DNA of 64,000 nt, from the NCBI GenBank assembly GCA_033763255.1, contig JANRKX010000087.1:40075-104074 (forward strand), read 5' to 3'. A program made the translations under genes and the position numbers. The notes under the pieces are model-generated. The model searched no databases. It was not told the origin of the DNA and worked only from the letters and a program-made list of their open reading frames with translations. Positions 54,035 to 62,948 of the stretch are shown here, in pieces (position 1 is the stretch's first letter; every line of letters begins with the position of its first letter). The DNA is from Acidobacteriota bacterium (GTDB lineage Bacteria; Acidobacteriota; Blastocatellia; RBC074).

Positions 54035-55216
54035 ATGAGGCTTAGAGGGTGCATTGGCACAAACAACGATGCCGTAGATTTGCTGATCGAACGCGGCCAG
54101 ATTGCCGACATAGTTTACGCTGCCGGTTCGCCATGTGATTTTGGCGATGCGAACTTGCGGCTGTCGGCGGGTTTTGTGGATTTGCAGGTCAACGGTTACG
54201 GCGGAATGGATTTCAACGACTCTGCAACGACGACCGAACAAATTGCCGAAATTACGCGGCGATTGTGGCGAACCGGCGTGACAAAGTTTTGCCCAACCAT
54301 CATCACCGAATCCGCTGAACACATTTCGAAATGCCTGAGCAATCTGGTGCGCGCAACTGACGGTTCGCCGGAATTCCAGCGCGCTTTTGCCGGAATCCAT
54401 CTGGAAGGCCCGTTCATTTCCACCGAAGACGGCCCGCGCGGAGCGCACCCTCGCCAACACGCTTGCCCGCCGAATTGGGAACAGTTTCAGCGTTGGCAGG
54501 AAGCGGCAAACGGGCGAATAGTCATTACCACTTTGTCGCCCGAATGGCCGGAAGCGTGCAAATTCATCGAACGCGCTGCTGGCGCTGGCGTTGTCGTCGC
54601 CATCGGTCACACCGCGGCGACTCCGCGACAGATTGCCGACGCCGTTTCTGCCGGAGCGAAAATGTCCACGCATCTGGGCAACGGTTCGCACGCGAAAATT
54701 GATCGCCACGTGAATTACATCTGGGAACAACTGGCCAACGACGATTTGTGGGCAAGCTTCATCGTGGACGGACACCATTTGCCACCGTCGGTGGTCAAAT
54801 GTTTCGTGCGAAGCAAAGGCATCAATCGCAGCATTCTGGTGACAGACGCCATCGCCGCTGCCGGTTGTCCGCCTGGCAAGTACAAACTCGGCAACGTCGA
54901 AGTCGAAGTGCTGGAATCCGGGCGCGTTTGTTTGCCGGGCACGCCGTATCTGGCGGGTTCGGCGGTGGAAATGCACGATTCGATCGGCAAAGCTGTTTTG
55001 TATTCTGGCGTGACACTCGACGAAGCTCTGCAAATGGCGACGGCAAATCCGGCGGAAGTGATTGGCCAAACAGAAAACTTCGGACGAATTAAAAAAGGCG
55101 CAGCGGCAGATTTGGTGCTGTTCGATTGGGACGAAACGGCGGCCAAGCTGAACGTCGTCGCCACCATCGTCAACGGTGAAATCGTTTATCACTCATCTAC
55201 AGGCAAGGAGCATTAA
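54035..55216 (+). CDS. nagA: N-acetylglucosamine-6-phosphate deacetylase-like amidohydrolase
   Basis: The DLQVNGYGGMDFND NagA signature and the metal-dependent hydrolase fold are present. The start is uncertain. Confidence 0.75.
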   Translation: MRLRGCIGTNNDAVDLLIERGQIADIVYAAGSPCDFGDANLRLSAGFVDLQVNGYGGMDFNDSATTTEQIAEITRRLWRTGVTKFCPTIITESAEHISKCLSNLVRATDGSPEFQRAFAGIHLEGPFISTEDGPRGAHPRQHACPPNWEQFQRWQEAANGRIVITTLSPEWPEACKFIERAAGAGVVVAIGHTAATPRQIADAVSAGAKMSTHLGNGSHAKIDRHVNYIWEQLANDDLWASFIVDGHHLPPSVVKCFVRSKGINRSILVTDAIAAAGCPPGKYKLGNVEVEVLESGRVCLPGTPYLAGSAVEMHDSIGKAVLYSGVTLDEALQMATANPAEVIGQTENFGRIKKGAAADLVLFDWDETAAKLNVVATIVNGEIVYHSSTGKEH

Positions 55217-55981
55217 ATGAACAAACAGAACATGACCGGGCGCGTCGCTTTGGTTACAGGAGCCAGCACAGGCATTGGCCGTTGGGCGGCGGTGGCGTTG
55301 GCGGAATGCGGCGCGGCGGTTGCAGTCAATTACAACAAAAACCTGGCCGGAGCCGAAGAAACCAAACGAATGATCGAAGCCGTTGGCGGTCGCGCGGCCA
55401 TCATCCAATCGGACGTTTCGACCAAAGCCGGAGCCGTCGCTCTGACCGAAGCGGCGCGGGCGCAATTGGGCGCAATTGATATTTTGGTCAACAACGCGGG
55501 CGATTTGGTCGAACGCTGTGCGTTGCAGGATTTCAGCGAAGACTTGTGGGATCGCGTCATGAATCTGAACTTGAAAAGCGTGCTGCTCTGTTCACAAACC
55601 GTCATGCCGGAAATGATCGCTCGGCGCAGCGGCACGATCATCAACGTCGGTTCCATCGCAGGTCATCACGGCGGAGGTCCCGGCGCTGGTGTTTACGCCA
55701 CAGCCAAAGCGGGTGTGCATTGCCTGACCAAAGCTCTGGCCAAAGAACTGGCTCCGCACGGAATTCGCGTCAACGCCGTCGCTCCCGGAGTGATTGACAC
55801 GCCTTTCCACGAACGAATGTCTACGCCGCAAATGATCGAACAGTTTGTGGCTGGAATTCCGATGAAACGAACCGGAACTTCAGAAGAGTGCGGGCGAGTG
55901 ATTGCTTTTCTGGCTTCGGATGCGGCGGCATACATTCACGGCGAGATGATTGAAATCAATGGCGGGCAGTTGATGGTTTAG
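55217..55981 (+). CDS. SDR-family oxidoreductase (FabG/glucose-dehydrogenase-like)
   Basis: The TGASTGIG Rossmann motif, NNAG and a YxxxK-type catalytic segment (YATAKAGVHCLTK) are present. Confidence 0.85.
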   Translation: MNKQNMTGRVALVTGASTGIGRWAAVALAECGAAVAVNYNKNLAGAEETKRMIEAVGGRAAIIQSDVSTKAGAVALTEAARAQLGAIDILVNNAGDLVERCALQDFSEDLWDRVMNLNLKSVLLCSQTVMPEMIARRSGTIINVGSIAGHHGGGPGAGVYATAKAGVHCLTKALAKELAPHGIRVNAVAPGVIDTPFHERMSTPQMIEQFVAGIPMKRTGTSEECGRVIAFLASDAAAYIHGEMIEINGGQLMV

Positions 55982-56266
55982 TCACCAGTTTCGCCTGGAC
56001 ACGTTCTGCCAATCGTTTTTGCGAGTCCAGTCGGAAAAAGCCAGAACGATGAATCGCACTACGCTCAGCACGGCGGCGATGACTGTCCAAATGGCTAATC
56101 GCTGAGCGAGCGACCGATTGCTGAACCATAAAATCACCGAGCATTCGGCAATCAAGCCGATCAACAAATACTGAAACGCGGTGAGCAATTCTCTGATGGT
56201 GTTTGAGTGCATAAGCTGTTTGCCTGAGGCGATTGGTAAATCGCTGGGCGCATTCTGACCTGACAA
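55982..56266 (-). CDS. small hypothetical membrane protein
   Basis: The 94-aa ORF has 2-3 hydrophobic helices and no RBS check. Support is weak. Confidence 0.3.
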   Translation of the reverse strand: MSGQNAPSDLPIASGKQLMHSNTIRELLTAFQYLLIGLIAECSVILWFSNRSLAQRLAIWTVIAAVLSVVRFIVLAFSDWTRKNDWQNVSRRNW

Positions 56267-56315
56267 AGTTCATCCGTCAAAACGATCTACAACCATTTTT
56301 TTTCTGGAGGCTGTT

Positions 56316-58139
56316 ATGAAGAGTTTCTTTTTTGAGTTTGCCCGAATCAAGACTGGCATTCTGTTGGCAATGGTTTTGCTGGCGGCGTGTTCCGGCGGCG
56401 GAAACGGTTTGAAACCCGTCGCCAGCAATGCAGAACAATTCATCGCCGACGCCGAAAAACGCTATCTGGAAGTTGCCATTAAAGAAGGTCAGGCCACTTG
56501 GGTGCAGGAAAATTTCATTACCCCAGACACCGACGCCATCGCCGCCGCCGCCAAAGAAGAAACGATCAAGGTCATCAAAGAATTGGCGGAACAGGCTCGA
56601 CAATTCGACGGACAAAATCTGTCGCCTGATGCTGCTCGCAAATTGAAGCTGCTGAAACTGGCATTGGCTCTGCCTGCTCCTGGCAATGACGAAGAACGCA
56701 AAGAATTGGCGGACATTTCGGTCAAGATGAATGGCGCTTATGGCGCAGGCAAATACTGTCCCGACGGCGACAGCGGAAAATGCCTGAGTTTGGGCGATCT
56801 GGAAAAGATTCTGGCTTCGAGCCGCAATCCGGAAGAATTGAAAAAAGCCTGGCTGGGCTGGCATCAAGTTTCGCGCAGTTATCGCAAGGATTACGCGCGC
56901 TTCGTCGAACTGGTCAACAAAGGCTCGAAAGAAATGGGCTTCAAAGACAACGGCGCAATGTGGCGGTCGAATTACGACATGGAACCGGACGCCTTCGCCG
57001 CCGAAATGGAACGCCTGTGGTTGCAGGTCAAACCGCTTTACGATTCGCTGCATACTTACGTCCGCGCCAGACTGCGGCAAAAATACCGCGACGCGGTTCC
57101 AGCCACTGGCCCGATTCCGGCGCATTTGCTGGGCAATATGTGGAGCCAGCAGTGGGGAAACATTTACGAACTGGTAAAACCGCCGACCAACGATCCGGGC
57201 TTTGACCTGACCAAAATTCTGCAAAGCCGCAAAACCGACGCTCGGCAAATGGTCAAATACGGCGAAGGCTTTTTCACCTCGCTTGGCTTTGAAGCTTTGC
57301 CGCAAACCTTTTGGGAACGCTCGCTGTTCACCAAACCGGCTGACCGCGATGTCGTCTGCCATGCCAGCGCCTCGGATTTGGACAACCAAAAAGACGTTCG
57401 CATCAAAATGTGCATCGTCATCAACGAAGAAGATTTCACCACCATTCACCATGAACTCGGCCACAACTATTACCAGATGGCTTACGCGCCGCAATCACCG
57501 CTTTATCAAAACAGCGCCAACGACGGTTTCCACGAAGCCATCGGCGACACGATTGCTCTGTCAGTAACGCCGGAATATCTGAAACAGTTGGGTTTCATCA
57601 ATGCCGTGCCGGACGAAAAAGCCGATTTGGGATTGTTGATGCGGCAGGCGCTCGACAAAGTCGCGTTCCTGCCGTTCGGTTATCTGGTGGATCAATGGCG
57701 TTGGAAAGTCTTTTCCGGCGAAACCGCTGCCGCCGATTACAACAAATCGTGGTGGGAACTGCGCGAAAAGTATCAGGGAGTTTCGGCTCCTGAAACGCGC
57801 AGCGAATCGGATTTCGACGCCGGAGCCAAATACCACGTCGCGGGCAACGTGCCTTATGCGCGTTACTTTCTGGCGCACATTCTGCAATTCCAGTTTCACC
57901 GCTCGCTGTGCCGCGAAGCCGGTTACAAAGGCGCGCTCAACCGCTGTTCGATTTACGGCAATAAACAGGTGGGCGAAAAGTTAAAAGCGATGTTGGCGAT
58001 GGGGCAAAGCAAACCTTGGCCGGAAGCGCTGAAAGCCATGACCGGCGAAGATAAAATGGACGCCACCGCGATCATTGATTATTTCGCGCCGCTGAAAACA
58101 TGGCTGGACGAACAGAACGCTGCCATGAGCGGAAAGTAA
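56316..58139 (+). CDS. peptidase family M2 (angiotensin-converting-enzyme-like dipeptidyl carboxypeptidase), lipoprotein
   Basis: The lipobox LLAAC is present. The zinc site is HHELGHNYYQ...HEAIGD. Length and collinearity match the ACE catalytic domain. Confidence 0.85.
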   Translation: MKSFFFEFARIKTGILLAMVLLAACSGGGNGLKPVASNAEQFIADAEKRYLEVAIKEGQATWVQENFITPDTDAIAAAAKEETIKVIKELAEQARQFDGQNLSPDAARKLKLLKLALALPAPGNDEERKELADISVKMNGAYGAGKYCPDGDSGKCLSLGDLEKILASSRNPEELKKAWLGWHQVSRSYRKDYARFVELVNKGSKEMGFKDNGAMWRSNYDMEPDAFAAEMERLWLQVKPLYDSLHTYVRARLRQKYRDAVPATGPIPAHLLGNMWSQQWGNIYELVKPPTNDPGFDLTKILQSRKTDARQMVKYGEGFFTSLGFEALPQTFWERSLFTKPADRDVVCHASASDLDNQKDVRIKMCIVINEEDFTTIHHELGHNYYQMAYAPQSPLYQNSANDGFHEAIGDTIALSVTPEYLKQLGFINAVPDEKADLGLLMRQALDKVAFLPFGYLVDQWRWKVFSGETAAADYNKSWWELREKYQGVSAPETRSESDFDAGAKYHVAGNVPYARYFLAHILQFQFHRSLCREAGYKGALNRCSIYGNKQVGEKLKAMLAMGQSKPWPEALKAMTGEDKMDATAIIDYFAPLKTWLDEQNAAMSGK

Positions 58140-58341
58140 GTTTCTCCACGAAGGAACGCGAAGATTCACGAAGCACATTAATGACTTCGTGTTTCTTCGT
58201 GTTCATAACCACAGTCAAAGCAATTGCGATCTGACCGAAGCATAAATGGTTGACATGTCAGCAATTCGCCTATTCGCTGTAATCTGCGACAGAAAAATTG
58301 AGTTATTGTGACAAAAACATCAAAAATTCTGTTTCAACCTC

Positions 58342-58371
58342 TTGACACTTTGAAGACTGTTGAACTATAAG
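58342..58371 (+). promoter_or_regulatory. sigma70-like -35/-10 (TTGACA-N18-TATAAG) in the AT-rich islet
   Basis: Found by motif reading only. Confidence 0.25.
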
Positions 58372-58485
58372 CCCTTTCGCCACCCCAAAAGTTATTTGAT
58401 AAGTGATTCCCGGCAAGGTTTGCCCGAAGGCAACACTTCTCAGGCAACACTTCTCAGTGTGCCTTCCAAAAATAGTGTTTTATCA

Positions 58486-58505
58486 GATAGGTGTTAGCAC
58501 CTATC
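58486..58505. promoter_or_regulatory. perfect palindrome GATAGGTG-ttag-CACCTATC, 23 bp upstream of the islet gene start (operator-like)
   Basis: Seen directly in the sequence. A tandem 14-bp direct repeat (GGCAACACTTCTCA x2, 58429-58456) lies just upstream. Confidence 0.4.
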
Positions 58506-58528
58506 TCGACAACAAGGGGAACTAAAAT

Positions 58529-59470
58529 ATGAAATATGACCACTCACAAACTAGGAACGTCAGGCTGTCTTGCGTTATTAGCGCGACAACAACTATGAAG
58601 CTTTTTACTTTGTATTTGAAAGGTAAAGAGAAACAACTCAGATGCATTCTTATGGCTATTAGCTTACTCGTAAGCCAAACTATTGCCTTAGCCGGAGTTA
58701 ATGCGCATGGAAACCAGTGGCCTGCTTTGAAAGGAACGGCAGCAACAAACGATAAACTGATTCAAGAATCGAAGGAATACTCTTTCGGCATTGACGCTGA
58801 TGGGCGCAGTTTTGTGAAGCGAAAAGGTGATGGCACAATAGCTACATTTCTTGACTTACAGCGGAATAAAGTCCAACTGGAAGTAAGAACTCTTGATGGC
58901 AGCAGAGGCATTGTCGGAATTGAAAGGCTCAGAAAAGGAGAAACGTTATTTCATATGACAGATGTGAGCGGTGAATCACTAACACTTCGTCAGTATAAGG
59001 TCGGTTTCGACCAGCATACGACCTTCGAAGTTGATAGTTTCTCAGTCACACTAACATCAAACGATCTAAAAAAACTTTCTACTCCACTTTGGAATGAAAG
59101 TAGTGGCCTCTTTCAACTTGGTGAGCGTCTTCGATTGAAACCTAGCCTCTTTCATTTTATTGAACGAGCCAATGCTCTTGATCCCAAGATTTTCCATCTT
59201 GCTCTTATGGCACAAGCAAGTGCGGGCGTGGCAGAAAATTTTGGGTATGCAGAACCTGGCAGTTGCACTACAGGTGTAATTAAGTGTATCGGTAATTTGC
59301 TACTTCACTTTATTGACGTTGTTGGTATTGTTGCTGGCTGTGCAGGCGCTCTGACAGGTATTGGAGCAGCAGTGTGCTATACAGCAATTGCCGCTCATCC
59401 TGTAACGGCTGCACTTGCTGCAGCCGAATGTGCAGATGCAGCTAGTGATTGTCAGAACCAAGCTAATTAA
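58529..59470 (+). CDS. hypothetical secreted protein with a C-terminal Cys-rich glycine-zipper hydrophobic module (bacteriocin/toxin-like), in a low-GC islet
   Basis: An aagggga RBS is present. An internal signal-like segment is MAISLLVSQTIALAGVNA. The C-terminus is GSCTTGVIKCIGN...GIVAGCAGALTGIGAAVCYTAIAA...AECADAASDC. The gene is about 43% GC, against about 60% in the flanks. Confidence 0.55.
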   Translation: MKYDHSQTRNVRLSCVISATTTMKLFTLYLKGKEKQLRCILMAISLLVSQTIALAGVNAHGNQWPALKGTAATNDKLIQESKEYSFGIDADGRSFVKRKGDGTIATFLDLQRNKVQLEVRTLDGSRGIVGIERLRKGETLFHMTDVSGESLTLRQYKVGFDQHTTFEVDSFSVTLTSNDLKKLSTPLWNESSGLFQLGERLRLKPSLFHFIERANALDPKIFHLALMAQASAGVAENFGYAEPGSCTTGVIKCIGNLLLHFIDVVGIVAGCAGALTGIGAAVCYTAIAAHPVTAALAAAECADAASDCQNQAN

Positions 59471-59483
59471 AAAGGGGGGTTTT

Positions 59484-59753
59484 ATGGACGGAAGATTGAT
59501 TTTACAGTTTGTTGCCATTGGGCTTGTGTTCTACCTTGTGTGCCACATCACCCTTTTGGCTGCTCGAAATAGCTTGAATAGCTCATTGCGGTTGGCTAGA
59601 CGCGTAGTGTTAGTTGCGTATCCACTTGCTTGCGCTTGTCTCGTGTACGCATCTGAAAATTTAACGCTACGTATTTACGCTGCTCTTCTAGCAATAGGCT
59701 CAATTTTTGTTGCAATTGCTATAAAGCGAAAAGTGCAAACCCAAACTGCATAA
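59484..59753 (+). CDS. small 3-TM membrane protein (putative immunity/partner protein)
   Basis: It lies 13 nt after the upstream stop and has a strong aaaagggggg RBS. The 89-aa product has three hydrophobic helices. GC is low. Confidence 0.5.
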   Translation: MDGRLILQFVAIGLVFYLVCHITLLAARNSLNSSLRLARRVVLVAYPLACACLVYASENLTLRIYAALLAIGSIFVAIAIKRKVQTQTA

Positions 59754-59779
59754 TGACTTTGGAAGGGCAATGGTAAAAC

Positions 59780-59832
59780 CAAAGATCAAACCTTTCGGGG
59801 CAGAAATTCACTACGAAAGGTTTGATCTTTTA
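59780..59832. terminator. strong hairpin (15-bp perfect stem) closing the islet, bidirectional
   Basis: The motif is AAAGATCAAACCTTT-cggggcagaaattcactacg-AAAGGTTTGATCTTT followed by taatctt. Confidence 0.55.
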
Positions 59833-59879
59833 ATCTTAGGTTAGTATTGAATTAGCAATTCGCCGGAAACCGCGAGAAC

Positions 59880-60200
59880 TCAGCCAAAAATCTGCCCCAG
59901 TTTCATCGCCACCATCGCATTGCCTTCGACTTTGATCTTGCCGGACATAACCGCCATCATCGGATTGAGTTCTCTGCGATACAGCAAATTGACCGTTTCA
60001 ATCGAAAGCCGCAACGTCACGTCAGAGTCGTGATCGTGGTGCGTCACGGAATTTGGCACGGATTTGCCATCCACAAACACGACGCTGCCGCAATCGAAGA
60101 CAAACTTGATCGTGGCGTCAATACCGGAATTTTCCCCCAGCTTGTGGCGAACTCCGGCGGCAAATTGGTCAACGGTGAAGTCTTTGTTTTCTTCGGACAC
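59880..60200 (-). CDS. SCP2 sterol-carrier-like domain protein
   Basis: The 106-aa product has the SCP-2 pattern (...ATIKFVF......V.....V.....HD.D....LS.E....L..G.L....A.MSGKIKVEGN...AMKL..IF). Confidence 0.75.
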   Translation of the reverse strand: MSEENKDFTVDQFAAGVRHKLGENSGIDATIKFVFDCGSVVFVDGKSVPNSVTHHDHDSDVTLRLSIETVNLLYRRELNPMMAVMSGKIKVEGNAMVAMKLGQIFG

Positions 60201-60221
60201 TCGGTTCTCCTGACTGAGTGA

Positions 60222-61490
60222 TTACTCAGGTTTGATTGGTTGTGGGTTGAGCTTCGTTTGGCGACCAGCTTGCAGCTTCGCAACTGCCGCTGCCGCTTGT
60301 TCGACGTTCTGCTTGCCGATCTGAATGCCAAACTCGATGGCAAACTTGCGCGATTCGTTGGGCTTCAACTTGGGTACACGACCGGCCTGGCGTTCGATGC
60401 TGCGATTGGCGGGAAAGCCCGTGCCCGGCTCCAAACCGGTGACGTAACCTTCTTCGACCGCCGTCGTATTTTTCCAGAGCGTGAAGTACGGCAGTTGATC
60501 CACTGAATAAGTCATCGAAACGGCTTTGTCGCCCGCCGCATTGTGCAGCATGACAGTTGTGCGATTCTGAGCATCAGCAAACGGGATGATGCCGTACACC
60601 TGTTCAACGAAGCCTTTGGTCGGGGCGACGTATTCGTTGTAACTCGACAAACTTTTCGCCGCGTGAACATTGAACGGGCGAACTTCTTTGGCGGCGGCAA
60701 GGAATCTGCTGCTGCCTTCCAGCAACGGCGTGCTGTAGTTAGCGTGATAAATCACCTGAAATTCCTGCTCGTACACGCTGAAGTTCGTCACTTCGTCTTC
60801 GATGCGAAACGTGTCTGCGCCCGGCTCGGTGGAAATTTCCGTCCACAGTTGCAGCTTGGGGCCGTAAAACATGCGTTCGTCCACACGACCACGAATGCGA
60901 ATGCGCGGCGTCGGCGCGCGATCAATCACGACTTCGACTTCCGAAGCCGGAATGTTTCCGATCTTGCCATGCAGCGTCAAATCCATTTCGGCTTCGTCGC
61001 CGGTGTTGTTGATGAATTTGTCTTTGCCCGGATGTCCAGCCCATTCCAACCCGCAGCGCACCATCCATTCGTTGAAGCCTTCCAGCCATCCCAGTCCGCC
61101 ACGACTTTGCAAATTGATGAATTGCGGATGAACGACTTCCTTGACCGGCGAATTCCAGCCCAGCCGTATGTCGCCCATTTTGACTTCCAGCACGCTCATG
61201 CCGCGCGTAGGGATGACGGTGAATTCCAGTTTGCCGTTGTTGACGACGATCACGTCAACGCCTTCCTGCTTACCGCCGTGCAGCGTCAGCTTTTTGACCG
61301 ACCACGGCGCTCTGGTTTTCAAATCAAGCTCGCGGCTGGTGATTTGCCAGGTTTCGGTGCAAATGTTTTGCGCAACGCTGGTCAGCGTCTTGCGAAAAGA
61401 GTTGTCTGGCATTGCTACTACCAAAGTTGAGAAAACGATGATTGCCAGCACAAAGCCAGCCATTCGACGAAAAGTCAGCGAGTTGTTCAT
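60222..61490 (-). CDS. hypothetical exported protein with signal anchor (possibly a galactose-mutarotase-like/DUF4432-type beta-sandwich)
   Basis: N-terminal hydrophobic anchor. The ORF is 422 aa. The family assignment is tentative. Confidence 0.55.
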   Translation of the reverse strand: MNNSLTFRRMAGFVLAIIVFSTLVVAMPDNSFRKTLTSVAQNICTETWQITSRELDLKTRAPWSVKKLTLHGGKQEGVDVIVVNNGKLEFTVIPTRGMSVLEVKMGDIRLGWNSPVKEVVHPQFINLQSRGGLGWLEGFNEWMVRCGLEWAGHPGKDKFINNTGDEAEMDLTLHGKIGNIPASEVEVVIDRAPTPRIRIRGRVDERMFYGPKLQLWTEISTEPGADTFRIEDEVTNFSVYEQEFQVIYHANYSTPLLEGSSRFLAAAKEVRPFNVHAAKSLSSYNEYVAPTKGFVEQVYGIIPFADAQNRTTVMLHNAAGDKAVSMTYSVDQLPYFTLWKNTTAVEEGYVTGLEPGTGFPANRSIERQAGRVPKLKPNESRKFAIEFGIQIGKQNVEQAAAAVAKLQAGRQTKLNPQPIKPE

Positions 61491-61786
61491 ACGTTTTTGA
61501 GCCTTGAAAGTGATTGGTTTGGGTTGCTCGGTAAAGTGCGACGCATTCTACAAAGTTTCCCTGCGACAGGCGAGACAGCGGTCAGCCTAATTAACGACTC
61601 TGACAAAAGAATTTACGGCAGCCGAAATTTTTCTTGAAGATTTTTTGCCGAATGGCTGGAAGAAACACCTCATTGTGCGTTTTTTACCAGTGCCAGCATG
61701 ATCTGCTGGTGTTGGGTAAGGATGTGGCGGTCCGATGCCGGTATTAAAAACCCCCGCTGCTACCTCTCGACTCGCTCTTTGGCACG

Positions 61787-61826
61787 AAAAAGGCCGATTG
61801 TACCCAGTGAGCAATCGGCCTTTTCG
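61787..61826. terminator. bidirectional terminator-like hairpin in a 600-bp non-coding region
   Basis: The motif is aaaaAGGCCGATTG-tacccagtgag-CAATCGGCCTtttcg. Confidence 0.5.
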
Positions 61827-62099
61827 TTGCCGCTAAACGATTTTTCTCCTCACCCCATAAACTCTCCACATTTGGTTTTCTAAGCAATCCCGATTCACAA
61901 TTCGGACAGAATGCTTCAGGTCGAAAGACTTTTTTCGACAACCGGTGTGGAGAGTTTTCCACGTCTTGACCGGTCAGGAAGAGTGGAGTACAACTGCCGC
62001 AAGTTGAAGAGCAACTCCAAGTTGCCGCTGCTGTTAGTTAAAGACTCGAAGCCAGAACGATTGTTTCGAGCGGGTTTAATTCTGATTTTGGAGGTGCGC

Positions 62100-62450
62100 G
62101 TGCATCGTATTCCACGCTACTGTTCGCTGGACGGTTTTACCGAGATGAGTTCTTCGCTCGAAGGAATCGTTTTGCGCTCGCTTGCGCCTTTCGACACGGT
62201 TTGCGCCCGCACACTGAACACCAACTACTACATTTTCATTTTGGAACCGGAAACCGGAAAAGCTCTGGTACAAGGTGGGCGTTATTTCTCTGAACCCATT
62301 GAAGCCACCGTCAGCGGTTCGACCTTTGGCGGCTGCATGCTGAAAATGGGATGGCTGGGAATTGGATTCCGAATCGAGTTTTATTCCGGCGGCCAGCGCA
62401 TCGTGACTTCGCCAGTGCAAACGATACGCATCGAACACGGCGACGATTGA
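62100..62450 (+). CDS. hypothetical protein (GTG start after a GGAGG RBS)
   Basis: ggaggtgcgcGTG. The 116-aa product has no motif confidently recognised. It is convergent with vanZ. Confidence 0.3.
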   Translation: MHRIPRYCSLDGFTEMSSSLEGIVLRSLAPFDTVCARTLNTNYYIFILEPETGKALVQGGRYFSEPIEATVSGSTFGGCMLKMGWLGIGFRIEFYSGGQRIVTSPVQTIRIEHGDD

Positions 62451-62453
62451 CCA

Positions 62454-62924
62454 TCAGCCTTTTCGGCGCTTCAGCCACAACACCAACAACGCCGCAGTTC
62501 CACCAACAATATCTATCAGACTGTCATTGATCGAAGCCGTCCGCGAAGGAACGAACGATTGATGGTATTCGTCCAACAGTGCATACGCGACAATCACCAA
62601 CCACGCCGAAATCGCCCAACTCCAGCGCCAGCGAAGCGGGTTCCCTGCCCGAAATGCCCTGAACAGCATCAACGCCAGCAAACCGTATTCGGTGAAATGA
62701 GCGACTTTGCGAACGGCAAAATGAATTGGGCGAAACTGTTCGTAAGTCAAATCGGGGAAAATCCAGTGAACCATGTCGTACAGCAACGACCCCGTGCGCT
62801 CGCCGGAAAACGAACCGGTCGAGAAAAAGAAAATGGCCGCCATCCAGGTAAGTGGTGGCAGCCAATAAAACAGTTTCGAGTGCTGAGCCTTGAGTGCTGA
62901 GTTTTTGGGTTCGGTGTCTTTCAA
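62454..62924 (-). CDS. VanZ-family membrane protein
   Basis: There are four TM helices and the VanZ-like pattern (...KVAHFTEYGLLALML...DEYHQSFVPSR...D...D). Confidence 0.75.
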   Translation of the reverse strand: MKDTEPKNSALKAQHSKLFYWLPPLTWMAAIFFFSTGSFSGERTGSLLYDMVHWIFPDLTYEQFRPIHFAVRKVAHFTEYGLLALMLFRAFRAGNPLRWRWSWAISAWLVIVAYALLDEYHQSFVPSRTASINDSLIDIVGGTAALLVLWLKRRKG

Positions 62925-62948
62925 ACTCAGTCCTCAGCCCTGATGACT

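Noticed and set aside
53810-55192. 460-aa minus-strand ORF overlapping nagA-like gene
   Set aside because: It is antisense to a gene with a clear NagA signature. Its composition is a shadow-frame artefact.
56277-57494. 405-aa minus-strand ORF overlapping the M2 peptidase gene
   Set aside because: It is antisense to a gene with an intact HEXXH site and has no independent support.
58150-59880. Prophage or integrative element interpretation of the low-GC islet
   Set aside because: No integrase, recombinase, tRNA attachment site or flanking direct repeats are visible. The islet is treated as a small acquired cassette only.
60543-61430. 295-aa + strand ORF inside the exported hypothetical gene
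   Set aside because: It is an antisense shadow ORF with Arg/Ala/Phe-rich low complexity.
61911-62450. PilZ-domain call for the small ORF
   Set aside because: RxxxR and DxSxxG motifs do not actually match on inspection (RxxR spacing only). It is kept only as a low-confidence hypothetical.
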